The notes beneath the pieces were generated by a model. The model was not told the DNA's origin, ran no database searches, and saw only the letters and a program-made list of their open reading frames with translations. Source: a virus. From it: a stretch of DNA of 64,000 bases. Where the stretch lies: positions 2,379 through 66,378 of IMG/VR virus record IMGVR_UViG_3300042402_000989. One strand, 5' to 3'. A program made the translations under genes and the position numbers. Positions 10,699 to 20,690 of the stretch are shown here, in pieces; the first letter of the stretch is position 1; each line of letters starts with the position of its first letter.

Positions 10699-11616
10699 AT
10701 GCCGTATACAGTTGATTGGCCAGATGCAGGTAAAACACCTATTATCGTTAACGATGGAACAGTAGACACCAGCACTACACTAAAACTCATCGGACGAAAC
10801 TATAGTAGGTTTGGCGAAGCACTAAATGAAAATTTTTTAAGATTACTAGCCAACAACGCAGATGACACTGCGCCAACAAATCCGAACGAAGGTCAGCTAT
10901 GGTATAACACCACTGAAAGTCAATTGTATTTGTATGATAACGGTGCGTGGTGGCCTATAGGTTTCCAAGCAGGCGGAACACGAGTTGTTGCTAGAAGAAG
11001 ACTTGACACATTGGGTGTTTACCATTATACAATAGAAACTATAGTCGATAGCGATATCGTTACTATACAAGTCAGCGACACAACAGCATGGACACCTGCA
11101 ACAACTGAGTATTTAGAAGACGGCTTAACGCTGTTAAGCACACAGTTTCCTGTATTACAAGCAGGCGACAACATGAATACTACAGCAAATTTTAAATTTA
11201 GAGGCACTGCTACTAGTGCAGAATATGCTGACCTTGCAGAACGTTATGCTGCTGACAAAGAATACGACCCAGGAACTGTAGTGATATTAGGCGGTGAAAA
11301 AGAAATAACAGAGTCAACTGATTCTGCAAGCATAAATGTGTTTGGAATAATTTCTACCGCACCGGGGTTCGAAATGAACAGTGGCGCAGGTAGTGACGCA
11401 ACACATCCGTATGTTGCGTTAGCAGGTCGTGTTCCATGTAAAGTAATTGGTCCTGTTAAAAAAGGCGAAAGACTTGTGACTAGCGAGGTCGCTGGACATG
11501 CTCGTGCAGCATATCCAAATGAATTGGGAGATTATAGACGCATTATTGGCAGAGCTCTTTCAAGTAAAGAGACACTCGACGCAGGTACTGTCGAAGTGGT
11601 CGTAGGAGCAAAGTAA
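10699..11616 (+). CDS. Tail fibre/baseplate-attached protein with C-terminal peptidase-G2/IMC-like domain
   Basis: N-terminal LIGRNY..GE..NENFLRLL...P..GQLWYN anchor; C-terminal ADLAERY..YDPGTVV...GRVPCKV.G.VKKGERLVTS motif; AAGGAAG RBS. Confidence 0.65.
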   Translation: MPYTVDWPDAGKTPIIVNDGTVDTSTTLKLIGRNYSRFGEALNENFLRLLANNADDTAPTNPNEGQLWYNTTESQLYLYDNGAWWPIGFQAGGTRVVARRRLDTLGVYHYTIETIVDSDIVTIQVSDTTAWTPATTEYLEDGLTLLSTQFPVLQAGDNMNTTANFKFRGTATSAEYADLAERYAADKEYDPGTVVILGGEKEITESTDSASINVFGIISTAPGFEMNSGAGSDATHPYVALAGRVPCKVIGPVKKGERLVTSEVAGHARAAYPNELGDYRRIIGRALSSKETLDAGTVEVVVGAK

Positions 11617-11619
11617 GTA

Positions 11620-12891
11620 ATGGCTGTTACTCCGGGGTCAAAGGTATACGGTAGCGAGTATAATGGCGTTGCAACACTTGTAAACAAAGTGTTCGGCGAT
11701 AACTACCCTACTGCTACCCCGTTGACTTCTACAGAAGCAAGTGCAACAACACCTGCATTTAATACATCACAATACGCAAACATCAGTCGTGGCACCGATA
11801 TAAACGGTGCTCCTGCGATTTATGGTAACTATAGATTTGGATGGGGCGCAGTAAATATTGCTAACAATATTGCTGTTGGTGATTTAATTACTGCAGAAAG
11901 ATTACAGTATTTGGTTGATCGTGTAAACATCATGGTTGATCACATTAACGTAAACGATACAATACTAATTTTCGCAGTGCCAACTGGTAGAAACACAGTT
12001 GACAAATATACATTAATACGAGCAGAAGACTTAAATGTTGTCGAAAATAAAATCAACAATACTGTTATACCTAACTATAATTACAACTCGATCGATCCAA
12101 CAGATGCAAGTTTACTAATCGCAACGCAAACACCAAGCGATATGGAAAGAACAGCGCCATGGACAAATAAAATAACTGGCGAATATAAATGGGTATTTGA
12201 CGATTATAATCATGCAAGACATTTTTTCAATAGCGGCGGACAACTGCGTGTTCAGTTAGAAATGTCAGGCGGCTGCACTGCAGGTTATTATAACTGGTCA
12301 GATGTTATAAATGAAATGGGTGTATTGACGTTTACTGTTGACAACTTTTATCAAAGCAACAACCATTATACTGCAGGAACAAGTTACGGTAAAGGGTTTT
12401 ACCATCTAACAGAAAACTATGGTGATGGAAGTGATACTTCAACTAATGAAGGGTTGTTGTTTGAAAGTTCTGGAGTTACAGTTAATATAGGTTTTAGCAA
12501 TTACGGGTATGGCTACGGGTATGGTTCTGCATATAGTGGTTACTACGGATTTGTAAGTTCACCTATGTCTGGATATACAACTGGCTATCATTTTTGTCCG
12601 CCTTCAACTTCAGTATATGCATCTTCGTATGGTGCGTATAGTGGTTATGCAAGTTTAAGATTTAAAATTTACGGTAAGTGGGATGTCAGCGGCACCGAGT
12701 TGCACTTTAAAGTAATATTAGATGACACTGCATATGATCAGACAATCGACGGTCAGATTGCTTCTAACTTTACATATCTCATGCCAGAAACAATAACAAG
12801 AACTAGTTGGGCAGGATCTGCAACGTTTGACGTTAACCCGGATCCTTATGTTGTAATTACAGACAATTTCAACACAATGGATGATAGCTAA
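11620..12891 (+). CDS. Putative virion structural protein with Tyr/Gly/Ser-rich insertion
   Basis: 423 aa in the structural module; ARHFFNSGG.LR motif; YGYGYGYG segment. Confidence 0.6.
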   Translation: MAVTPGSKVYGSEYNGVATLVNKVFGDNYPTATPLTSTEASATTPAFNTSQYANISRGTDINGAPAIYGNYRFGWGAVNIANNIAVGDLITAERLQYLVDRVNIMVDHINVNDTILIFAVPTGRNTVDKYTLIRAEDLNVVENKINNTVIPNYNYNSIDPTDASLLIATQTPSDMERTAPWTNKITGEYKWVFDDYNHARHFFNSGGQLRVQLEMSGGCTAGYYNWSDVINEMGVLTFTVDNFYQSNNHYTAGTSYGKGFYHLTENYGDGSDTSTNEGLLFESSGVTVNIGFSNYGYGYGYGSAYSGYYGFVSSPMSGYTTGYHFCPPSTSVYASSYGAYSGYASLRFKIYGKWDVSGTELHFKVILDDTAYDQTIDGQIASNFTYLMPETITRTSWAGSATFDVNPDPYVVITDNFNTMDDS

Positions 12892-12898
12892 AAATAGC

Positions 12899-12927
12899 TT
12901 GACAAACTGATAATAAATAGTTATAGT
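12899..12927 (+). promoter_or_regulatory. Sigma70-type promoter TTGACA-N17-TATAGT with AATAAATA embedded in the spacer
   Basis: TTGACA at 12899-12904, TATAGT at 12922-12927, AATAAATA at 12912-12919, RBS AAGGAG at 12941-12946. Confidence 0.7.
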
Positions 12928-12954
12928 AGCAGTTAATTATAAGGAGAAACTCGC

Positions 12955-13302
12955 ATGGATGAGAGGCTCGAAAAAGCTCTAGACTTCGCAAATTATCGAC
13001 AAACATTAGCAAATCAAAAACGTAACATTCGTAGCAGAATGCAAATGTTACAAATGGTTCATTATAACAACGGAAGTTTTTTAGCTGATGCTGTTACAAT
13101 CGGGCTTGTTAACGGGTTGTTAACAGCTAACAAAAAAAGTGCTATTCTATTAGACACAAAAGAAACTCCGGTTAAAATTGAAGATTTGACAGATTTTCTT
13201 AATTTGCTTATTGAAAAATATACCGAAGCAACAAACGAATATCTAACATTGTTAGATAAAGTAAACAAGGCAAGAAATATTAAGAAATTAATGGACTGGT
13301 AA
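12955..13302 (+). CDS. Hypothetical phage protein (first gene of the modification island)
   Basis: 115-aa ORF with strong RBS; overlaps the next gene by 1 nt. Confidence 0.7.
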   Translation: MDERLEKALDFANYRQTLANQKRNIRSRMQMLQMVHYNNGSFLADAVTIGLVNGLLTANKKSAILLDTKETPVKIEDLTDFLNLLIEKYTEATNEYLTLLDKVNKARNIKKLMDW

Positions 13303-14204
13303 TGAGTGAAGAAGAAAACGGTATATGCATGTTTGCATATAACAATAGTCAAATTGATTATGTTAAAATAGCTCACATTGCAGCCGCATATGTTAAGCAA
13401 AATATGAAAAATAACTCTGTAACATTGATTACAGATAATGGTACGTATGATTGGTTAAAAGAATCAACAAACAAAAAATGGCACAGTCAGTGCTTTGACA
13501 ATGTTGTTATTCAGGATGTTGAACACAAGTCTAATCCACGAAAGCATTACGACAGTCCGTGGACTGAATTTAATGCCCAATTTAGTAACAGCAACAAACA
13601 CGACATTTTTCAACTTTCTCCGTATAACAAAACATTATTAATCGACACCGATTATTTTATACAAAACAATTATTATGATTTCTTGTTCGAAAGTTCGACT
13701 CCATTGGCGTTGCATCGAGATGCAATATATATGGAAGGACAACGACCGTATATGAACGAATGTGACTTAAACGAAACAGGAATTCACCACTGGTGGTCTA
13801 CGGTAGTATATTTTGACAAAAGTGACGAAGCAGAATTGTTTTTTGATATATGGTCACATGTAAAAGACAACTGGGATTATTACTATTTGTTATATCAATT
13901 CCCACCTGCGCTATTCCGAACAGATTTTTGTGTTAGCATTGCTGCACATTTAATGAACGGCTTTACAAATGAATCATTTGTCGAAGGTCTGTCAATACCA
14001 TTACTCAACATGGATCAAAAGGATGATTTGATAGAGGTTAAAGACACAAATGATCTGATTATGTTAAGCCATAATAGAAAAGAGCCTTGGAAGAATATTC
14101 TTGTTAGATTAGAAAATACAAATATACACGTTATGAATAAAAGGGCAATCAGTAGACACGCCGATCTTTTTATTGAAAAATTACAGGCAAAATTTAATGT
14201 CTAA
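13302..14204 (+). CDS. Glycosyltransferase-like protein (GT-A fold, GT8-like)
   Basis: SPYNKTLLIDTD DxD motif; W-STVVYFDKS segment; paralog of the next gene. Confidence 0.65.
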   Translation: MSEEENGICMFAYNNSQIDYVKIAHIAAAYVKQNMKNNSVTLITDNGTYDWLKESTNKKWHSQCFDNVVIQDVEHKSNPRKHYDSPWTEFNAQFSNSNKHDIFQLSPYNKTLLIDTDYFIQNNYYDFLFESSTPLALHRDAIYMEGQRPYMNECDLNETGIHHWWSTVVYFDKSDEAELFFDIWSHVKDNWDYYYLLYQFPPALFRTDFCVSIAAHLMNGFTNESFVEGLSIPLLNMDQKDDLIEVKDTNDLIMLSHNRKEPWKNILVRLENTNIHVMNKRAISRHADLFIEKLQAKFNV

Positions 14205-15066
14205 AGGTTTCGTTACACTCGGTATTAATACCGATAAAGATATGATAAAATACAGCTACGGCCTTGCACTAAGTATCAAAGCCAGTGACCCAACTGCAGA
14301 AACTTGTCTTATTGTAGACAACGGTAAATCAGACTTAGTGCCATCAAAATACTTTCATGCTTTCAATTATATAGCAGAGCTTCCATTTGGTAACACAGCT
14401 CACAAAGATGGCTTTCATGGCATGAATCTTTGGCAACTTATACATGCTACACCATTTGATGAAACAATTTACGTAGACTATGATACAGTATTCAATAATG
14501 TAAACGTTGAGTTACTATGGGATCAGATGACTGCTAATTCGAACGGATTTGCAGTCTCTAGTTTGTCAAGAACATTTAGAAACACAGTTATTAATTACAA
14601 TCAGTATTTTGATATTGAACTGCATTACAATTTACCTACAAATTTTAATAATTTAATATATTTTGATCGCAATTCACCATTAGCCATTGAATGGTTTAAA
14701 ATGGCGGATCCAGTTTTCCAAAATTGGAGAAGCGTGTATAGTAAATTGTTGAACGACAAAAAACCACTGACCTTTGATAAAAATGTATTAGCAAATATTG
14801 TAACACATTTATTAGATGTAAGTAGTGAAATAACTGTTAGCTTGAACAACTTGTACGATTTAGATTTAAGAAGCCAAGGGTTATGGAATGAAGATATACC
14901 GATAAATTGGACAGAAATGTTAAACCATTGGTATACCGACGACGAGAAGTTGATTATCGAAAATTATGTTATTAATTCGGGCATCATTCACTATCACGAT
15001 AAGTCGTTTTTAACAGAAGATATTATAGATGTCATTAGAGCCAAGATTAATTCAAATAGTAGATGA
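14197..15066 (+). CDS. Glycosyltransferase-like protein (GT-A fold, GT8-like)
   Basis: TPFDETIYVDYD DxD motif; C-terminal IIHYHDK; start taken at ATG 14197. Confidence 0.65.
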   Translation: MSKGFVTLGINTDKDMIKYSYGLALSIKASDPTAETCLIVDNGKSDLVPSKYFHAFNYIAELPFGNTAHKDGFHGMNLWQLIHATPFDETIYVDYDTVFNNVNVELLWDQMTANSNGFAVSSLSRTFRNTVINYNQYFDIELHYNLPTNFNNLIYFDRNSPLAIEWFKMADPVFQNWRSVYSKLLNDKKPLTFDKNVLANIVTHLLDVSSEITVSLNNLYDLDLRSQGLWNEDIPINWTEMLNHWYTDDEKLIIENYVINSGIIHYHDKSFLTEDIIDVIRAKINSNSR

Positions 15067-16042
15067 GGGTAAATCTTTACCCAAGTACTATGTATATTAC
15101 GACGACTGGACAGGTGAGATCAAAAGTATCACCGGTAAATACAAACAGCAAATTTATCCCTACATTATAACAGAAGATGAAACTGCTGCAAAATTAATGA
15201 TGGGCATTTTAAATCCTAAAAAATATGTGGTGAGTGATTTCGTAGACGAGATGAAACTGTTACCAAAATCAGACGTACTTGCTATTAAAAAAGCTGAGGA
15301 AATTTTAACTAAAATACCTAGAGTAAAAAACTTTATAGATAGTGATGTTAATGTTATTTTGTATACAAATGATTATAGAATGGAAATTAACTTAAATCAA
15401 GATACTATCTATAGAATGACAGGTAAACGATTTAACAATCGTTACGACACTGCTGAAACATCAGCTGATAGTTACTTAGTATTGTATCTTATCAAAAAGA
15501 ACAATCCAAACCATCTATTAGAAACGATAAAAATCAAAGTAAAAGATATTGTGACAACCGGTTACACCATCTTAGATTTAGCGCACTTGCAAAATATACT
15601 CGACTTCGCAAATATAGACGTGTTGACAAGACGAATTTTTAAAAATTATGGCTTGAAAATAAAACAAAACTATGTTAACATAGATTATCATACTAGACGA
15701 AGCAACAAGAGAACACACACTACAATTCATGAGTCAACTGACGACTGGAGCACATTTTCAATTAGTCCGTCGACTGAAGGTTGGATTATCAAAAGTAATT
15801 TTGCCAATCCGCAAGAACAAAAAATATACAGAGATCTTAAGATTTTTTTAACAGGCAATGATCCTAATATACTGCTTGACAAGATAATTATACCTTACGA
15901 TCAAATCGGCAATTTTAAAGAATACATAGTAAAGACTACGATAGATCCTACTACTTGTAAATTATTATTAGGCGAAGAAGGCAAAAATATAACTTTTAAA
16001 TTTGAGGAAATTGAATATGTCAAATCTGGTAAGTATAAATGA
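15029..16042 (+). CDS. Hypothetical protein within the glycosyltransferase cluster
   Basis: 337-aa ORF overlapping both neighbours; no recognisable catalytic motif. Confidence 0.6.
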   Translation: MSLEPRLIQIVDEGKSLPKYYVYYDDWTGEIKSITGKYKQQIYPYIITEDETAAKLMMGILNPKKYVVSDFVDEMKLLPKSDVLAIKKAEEILTKIPRVKNFIDSDVNVILYTNDYRMEINLNQDTIYRMTGKRFNNRYDTAETSADSYLVLYLIKKNNPNHLLETIKIKVKDIVTTGYTILDLAHLQNILDFANIDVLTRRIFKNYGLKIKQNYVNIDYHTRRSNKRTHTTIHESTDDWSTFSISPSTEGWIIKSNFANPQEQKIYRDLKIFLTGNDPNILLDKIIIPYDQIGNFKEYIVKTTIDPTTCKLLLGEEGKNITFKFEEIEYVKSGKYK

Positions 16043-16994
16043 TTTTGATATTGTCTACATTAGCTACGACGAGCCTAATGCAGATGAAAACTACGCAGAC
16101 TTATTAACTAAATGTCCTTGGGCTAAACGTAGTCATGGTGTATGGGGCAGTGATGCTGCACACAAAGCGGCCGCTGCGTTAAGTGAAACTGAAAGATTCG
16201 TTACAATCGATGCCGATAACATTGTTAACGAAGATTTTTTTAATGTTGAAATTGACATGGACAGAGTTCGTAGTAACGATGTTATTAGTTGGGCTGCTCG
16301 TAATCAGATCAACGGGTTAATATACGGCAACGGCGGCATTAAATGCTGGCCTGTTGATGTGGTAATGCGTATGCGAACACACGAAGCAGCGCCTCCCACT
16401 GATAAGCGGGCGCAAGTAGATTTCTGTTGGAATATTCACTACGTTCAAATGAATAACTGGTATAGTCATGTGTACAACAACGGCAGTCCATTGCAAGCAT
16501 GGCGTGCAGGTTTCCGTGAAGGTGTAAAAATGGGATTAGAAAACGGTGATGTGGTTGATCCTAGTAAACTTAAGAAAATTCATAGAGAAAACTATAAGCG
16601 TTTGTTAGTTTGGATGAGTGTAGGCGAAGATGCACCAAACGGTTTGTGGGCTGTATACGGCGCAAGATTGGGATGCTATATGACAAATATATTGCGTCAT
16701 GAATGGGACTGGAAAAACGTTAGAGACTTCGATTGGTTAAGCAATTACTTTAACACAGAACTAGCACCCCAATTTGAAGATGGAACAGAACTTTGCCCAC
16801 GTACAGGATACAATTGGGATCCGATCAAATTAAAAGCAGAAACAGTAAGACTTGGTAATGAATTAAGAAGTAACCTTGATCTTGAAATTGCTGATTTAGA
16901 TTGGTCCGGTAGCCGCTTCTTTAAAACAACTTATAAAAATCCTGCAAGACTTGGCGCTATGATAAAAGAAACCGAAGTAGTAGATACAATATGA
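16017..16994 (+). CDS. Glycosyltransferase-like protein (GT-A, DAD motif)
   Basis: ISYDEPNADENY, AHKAAA, TIDADN, NGLIYGNGG, AWRAGFRE; paralog of 35932..36645; start ATG 16017 follows GAGGA. Confidence 0.65.
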   Translation: MSNLVSINDFDIVYISYDEPNADENYADLLTKCPWAKRSHGVWGSDAAHKAAAALSETERFVTIDADNIVNEDFFNVEIDMDRVRSNDVISWAARNQINGLIYGNGGIKCWPVDVVMRMRTHEAAPPTDKRAQVDFCWNIHYVQMNNWYSHVYNNGSPLQAWRAGFREGVKMGLENGDVVDPSKLKKIHRENYKRLLVWMSVGEDAPNGLWAVYGARLGCYMTNILRHEWDWKNVRDFDWLSNYFNTELAPQFEDGTELCPRTGYNWDPIKLKAETVRLGNELRSNLDLEIADLDWSGSRFFKTTYKNPARLGAMIKETEVVDTI

Positions 16995-17629
16995 TAACTA
17001 GTGACGATTTTGAGAAAATCTTAGCAATACCAGGGTACATGTCATACGATAAGTTGTTAGCACTCAGTAATATAGTAAGCAACAAAAAAAACGTAAAAAC
17101 GGTGGTTGAAGTTGGGTCATACTGCGGCCGAAGTTCGGTTTGTATGGCAATGTCTCTCGACAGCACTGTTAATATTAATTGTATAGATCATTTTAATACA
17201 AATCGAGTTGCAGGTGGCATTTATGCAGATGGCAAAGATGGTAGACCCCTCGTAGGGGAAAGCATGAATCAATTTGATGAGTTCAAAAAACACACAAGCA
17301 ACTATAAAAATATAAAAATGATATCAGGACATTGTCCTTATGACGTAACATGGTCAGGCGAGGACATTGATATTTTTTTCTTAGATTCAGATCACAAAAA
17401 CCCCGAAGACTTCGATATTCTGTCTTATTTTTGTAGTTTTATGAAAACTGGCGGAATAATTATAGGAGACGATCATCTAGAAGATTACATCCACGGGCGT
17501 AACGTTATCGAAAATGTTAAAATTCTAGAAAATGCGTATGGGGTTAATGCACAATTCTTTGGCGATAGAAAAGATTTGTGGCTAATTGAAGTTACGAAAG
17601 ATAATATCTGTTTAAAGGAATATGTATAA
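16991..17629 (+). CDS. Class I SAM-dependent methyltransferase (Methyltransf_24-like)
   Basis: VEVGSYCGRSS motif I, IDHF, DIFFLDSDH, GGIIIGDD. Confidence 0.8.
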   Translation: MITSDDFEKILAIPGYMSYDKLLALSNIVSNKKNVKTVVEVGSYCGRSSVCMAMSLDSTVNINCIDHFNTNRVAGGIYADGKDGRPLVGESMNQFDEFKKHTSNYKNIKMISGHCPYDVTWSGEDIDIFFLDSDHKNPEDFDILSYFCSFMKTGGIIIGDDHLEDYIHGRNVIENVKILENAYGVNAQFFGDRKDLWLIEVTKDNICLKEYV

Positions 17630-17632
17630 AAA

Positions 17633-19201
17633 ATGTCAGGAACATTAGAAGAATATGGACTTGCAAACTTAACTTTTGCAGACAACAGCGAGCAAAATGT
17701 AAATAAAGTCAAATCATTGTTAAATTCTACCGGCTGCGGGTTTTGTTTAGCTAAATTTAGGCAAGTAACACTACATTTAGGTACAGGAATGACACACTCT
17801 TGTCATCACCCATCTCCACATAAGATCGAACTAGCTGAAATAAAAAATAATCCTGCTGCACTATTCAATACTAAAGTTTTGAAGTCTGCCAGAAAACAAA
17901 TGTTAAATGGGGAGCGCCCAGATGAATGTGACTATTGTTGGAGGGTTGAAGACAATGATGGTATTAGTGATCGATTTTATAAAAGTTTAGAACCATGGGC
18001 ATTGCCAGATCACAATAGTATTACACAGTTAACGGGTGATGAAGATATATATCCTCGATATTTAGAAGTAAGTTTTAACAATGCATGTAATTTAAAATGT
18101 GTTTATTGTGGTCCCGAATTTAGTAGTAAATGGGTAGAAGAACTTAAACAGTACGGCCCGCTGAAAGTACTAGAAGGCACTAAAGATGAAAAATGGGTAC
18201 AAGGGTTTCAAGACCTTGACTCTCTAAATTATAAAAATCGAGAATTTAATCCTTATGTTGATGCATTTTGGAAATGGTTCCCAGAGGCTAGTAAACACTT
18301 AAAGCATTATCGTATCACCGGCGGTGAACCGTTAATGAGCAAAGAAACATTTAAAAGTATGGATTTGATAATTGAAAATCCAAACCAAGAGTTGGAATTT
18401 AGCGTAAATAGTAATCTCAGTGTACCCGAACAACTGTGGGAACCGTTTATCGAGAGACTTAAAATAATAGCTGACAATAAATTGGTTAAGAAGTTTACAG
18501 TGTATACTAGTGTAGAAGGCTGGGGCGAACGTGCCGAGTATGCCAGGACTGGGTTGAATTTCAACTTGTTTAAAAAACGAGTTGAGTTTCTAGCAGCTAT
18601 GAACAATGTTAGAGTTGTTGTAATGGCAGCCTTTAATATGTTTAGTATTACCAGTTTTGACAAGTTATTAGATTGGATCTACAAATTAAAATTAGAACAT
18701 AATCCGTGTAACTTTGCTGCAACATTAGAAGAAAAAACTGGTTTCAACGTTGCACCTGCAAGAGAATATCTAGATAGGAAAAAACTAAATCCTAGTCATA
18801 GTGTAACCGTTGGTATAGATATACCGTATCTGCGGCATCCTACTATGCTAGATATACATTTCTGCACACATCAACTGTTAGAAGATTATCTGTTTAAGTG
18901 TGTAGAATTTATGGCTGCACGAACTAAAAATGATTCATGGACATATCCTGGTGGATTCGAATCATATGAAGTTGAAAAAATGAAACGTATTGTAATGCAC
19001 AGACTGTATTATAATGAAAAAAATAAACCAGAAAGAGATTCGGGGGAAGATATCATACGCAATCGTGCAGAGTTTTACGAATTTATCAACGAAATGGATA
19101 AACGACGCAATACCGACTTTCTAAAAACATTTCCAGAAATGACAGAATTCTATGAAGAATGCAAACGTTGCAACATAGTGTATTATAACAATGCAAAATA
19201 A
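17633..19201 (+). CDS. Radical SAM protein with N-terminal Twitch/SPASM-like Cys domain
   Basis: CNLKCVYC, ITGGEP; N-terminal FCLAK..SCHHP..ECDYCW. Confidence 0.9.
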   Translation: MSGTLEEYGLANLTFADNSEQNVNKVKSLLNSTGCGFCLAKFRQVTLHLGTGMTHSCHHPSPHKIELAEIKNNPAALFNTKVLKSARKQMLNGERPDECDYCWRVEDNDGISDRFYKSLEPWALPDHNSITQLTGDEDIYPRYLEVSFNNACNLKCVYCGPEFSSKWVEELKQYGPLKVLEGTKDEKWVQGFQDLDSLNYKNREFNPYVDAFWKWFPEASKHLKHYRITGGEPLMSKETFKSMDLIIENPNQELEFSVNSNLSVPEQLWEPFIERLKIIADNKLVKKFTVYTSVEGWGERAEYARTGLNFNLFKKRVEFLAAMNNVRVVVMAAFNMFSITSFDKLLDWIYKLKLEHNPCNFAATLEEKTGFNVAPAREYLDRKKLNPSHSVTVGIDIPYLRHPTMLDIHFCTHQLLEDYLFKCVEFMAARTKNDSWTYPGGFESYEVEKMKRIVMHRLYYNEKNKPERDSGEDIIRNRAEFYEFINEMDKRRNTDFLKTFPEMTEFYEECKRCNIVYYNNAK

Positions 19202-20675
19202 AGAAACCCCGATACAATGGCGAGATAGAGTACTAAACGCTAAAAGCAAAAGTTTTTGCGGCGCAAAATGGTATAATGCAACAATATGGCTAGGTAATGG
19301 TGCAACTACAAGTTGTCACCATCCTCCTTCTCATAAAATAGATCCAGAAGAAGTAAAACACAATCCAAGTGCATTACATAATACTACATACAAAAAACTA
19401 GTAAGAAAGCAAATGCAAGAGGGCATTCAAACTAAAGAGTGTGATTATTGCTGGAAAATAGAAAATTTAGACAACAACTTAATAAGCGATAGATTTTACA
19501 AAAGCGAGTTATATAGTGAAGAAGATTTACAAGCTGCATTTGATGCGGATTGGCGACAAGATTTTAACCTGAAAACACTAGAAATTGCGTTTGACAACAA
19601 TTGTAATTTTGCATGTAGCTATTGTAACGCAGGGTTTAGTACAACCTGGGCGCATGATGTTAATAAAAATGGTACATACAAAAATCTTTGTAGCGACGGA
19701 TGGGGTGCATTTAGCACCAACGGTAAATGGGCTAGCCCATACGGATCTAAAAACGAAAACAATCCATTTATTGAAGCATTTTGGAAGTGGTGGAACGCTG
19801 AATTACAACACAGTCTTTACCAATTGAGAGTAACTGGCGGAGAAGCAACTGTAAGTAATGATTTCTGGAAGTTAGTAGAATGGTACGAAAATAATCCAAC
19901 TTGCAAAGTACGTCTCGGGGTCAACACAAATCTCGGAGTTAAAAAAGCTGCATTAGATAGACTTATTAAACTCAGCCATTCTGGCGTTAAGTTAGATATG
20001 TATACTAGCAACGAATCTATGTTAAGTCATGCTGAATACATACGAGACGGGTTAATATGGAACGAGTGGGATAACAATTTTAGACGTTTAATTAGCGAAT
20101 CTGCTGTAAGCTACATACACATAATGTGTACAGTTAATGCGTTGTGCCTCGGTAGCTTGGATAAGTTTTTAGAGTATGTTATTGACCTGAGGGAAAATCA
20201 CAATCCCAATAATATGGAAATCACTACTAGTATGAATATACTGCGATTCCCAAGTTTTCAAAGTATTACAACTTTACCAAAATACATCAGAGAAGAGCGA
20301 GCAGCACATTATAGAAACTGGTTATCTAATTTTAAATCAAAGCTAATGGACCACGAAATCGACAGTATAGAACGTACTATACAATATATAGAACATATAG
20401 AAAGTGGTCACAGTGTTAAAACACTAAGTGATGTCGATATCAGACAAAATGATTTCTACAATTTCTACACTCAGTATGACAGCCGCAGAAACAAAAATAT
20501 CAAGGAATCGTTTAACGATTGGCCCGAATTAATAGAATGGTTTGATACTAGAAAAAACAATAGCAACGAAAACCCAGTAAAAGATATAATTCAAGCGGAC
20601 GCCACTGAGTGGGGAGAAGACATTCAAAAAGAAGTGTTTGCTGCCGCTCGTGATAACAAACTAATTAACGAATGA
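19191..20675 (+). CDS. Radical SAM protein with N-terminal Twitch/SPASM-like Cys domain
   Basis: CNFACSYC, VTGGEA; N-terminal FCGAKW..SCHHP..ECDYCW; paralog of the preceding gene. Confidence 0.9.
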   Translation: MQNKETPIQWRDRVLNAKSKSFCGAKWYNATIWLGNGATTSCHHPPSHKIDPEEVKHNPSALHNTTYKKLVRKQMQEGIQTKECDYCWKIENLDNNLISDRFYKSELYSEEDLQAAFDADWRQDFNLKTLEIAFDNNCNFACSYCNAGFSTTWAHDVNKNGTYKNLCSDGWGAFSTNGKWASPYGSKNENNPFIEAFWKWWNAELQHSLYQLRVTGGEATVSNDFWKLVEWYENNPTCKVRLGVNTNLGVKKAALDRLIKLSHSGVKLDMYTSNESMLSHAEYIRDGLIWNEWDNNFRRLISESAVSYIHIMCTVNALCLGSLDKFLEYVIDLRENHNPNNMEITTSMNILRFPSFQSITTLPKYIREERAAHYRNWLSNFKSKLMDHEIDSIERTIQYIEHIESGHSVKTLSDVDIRQNDFYNFYTQYDSRRNKNIKESFNDWPELIEWFDTRKNNSNENPVKDIIQADATEWGEDIQKEVFAAARDNKLINE

Positions 20676-20690
20676 CATAAAGGCAGTGAT

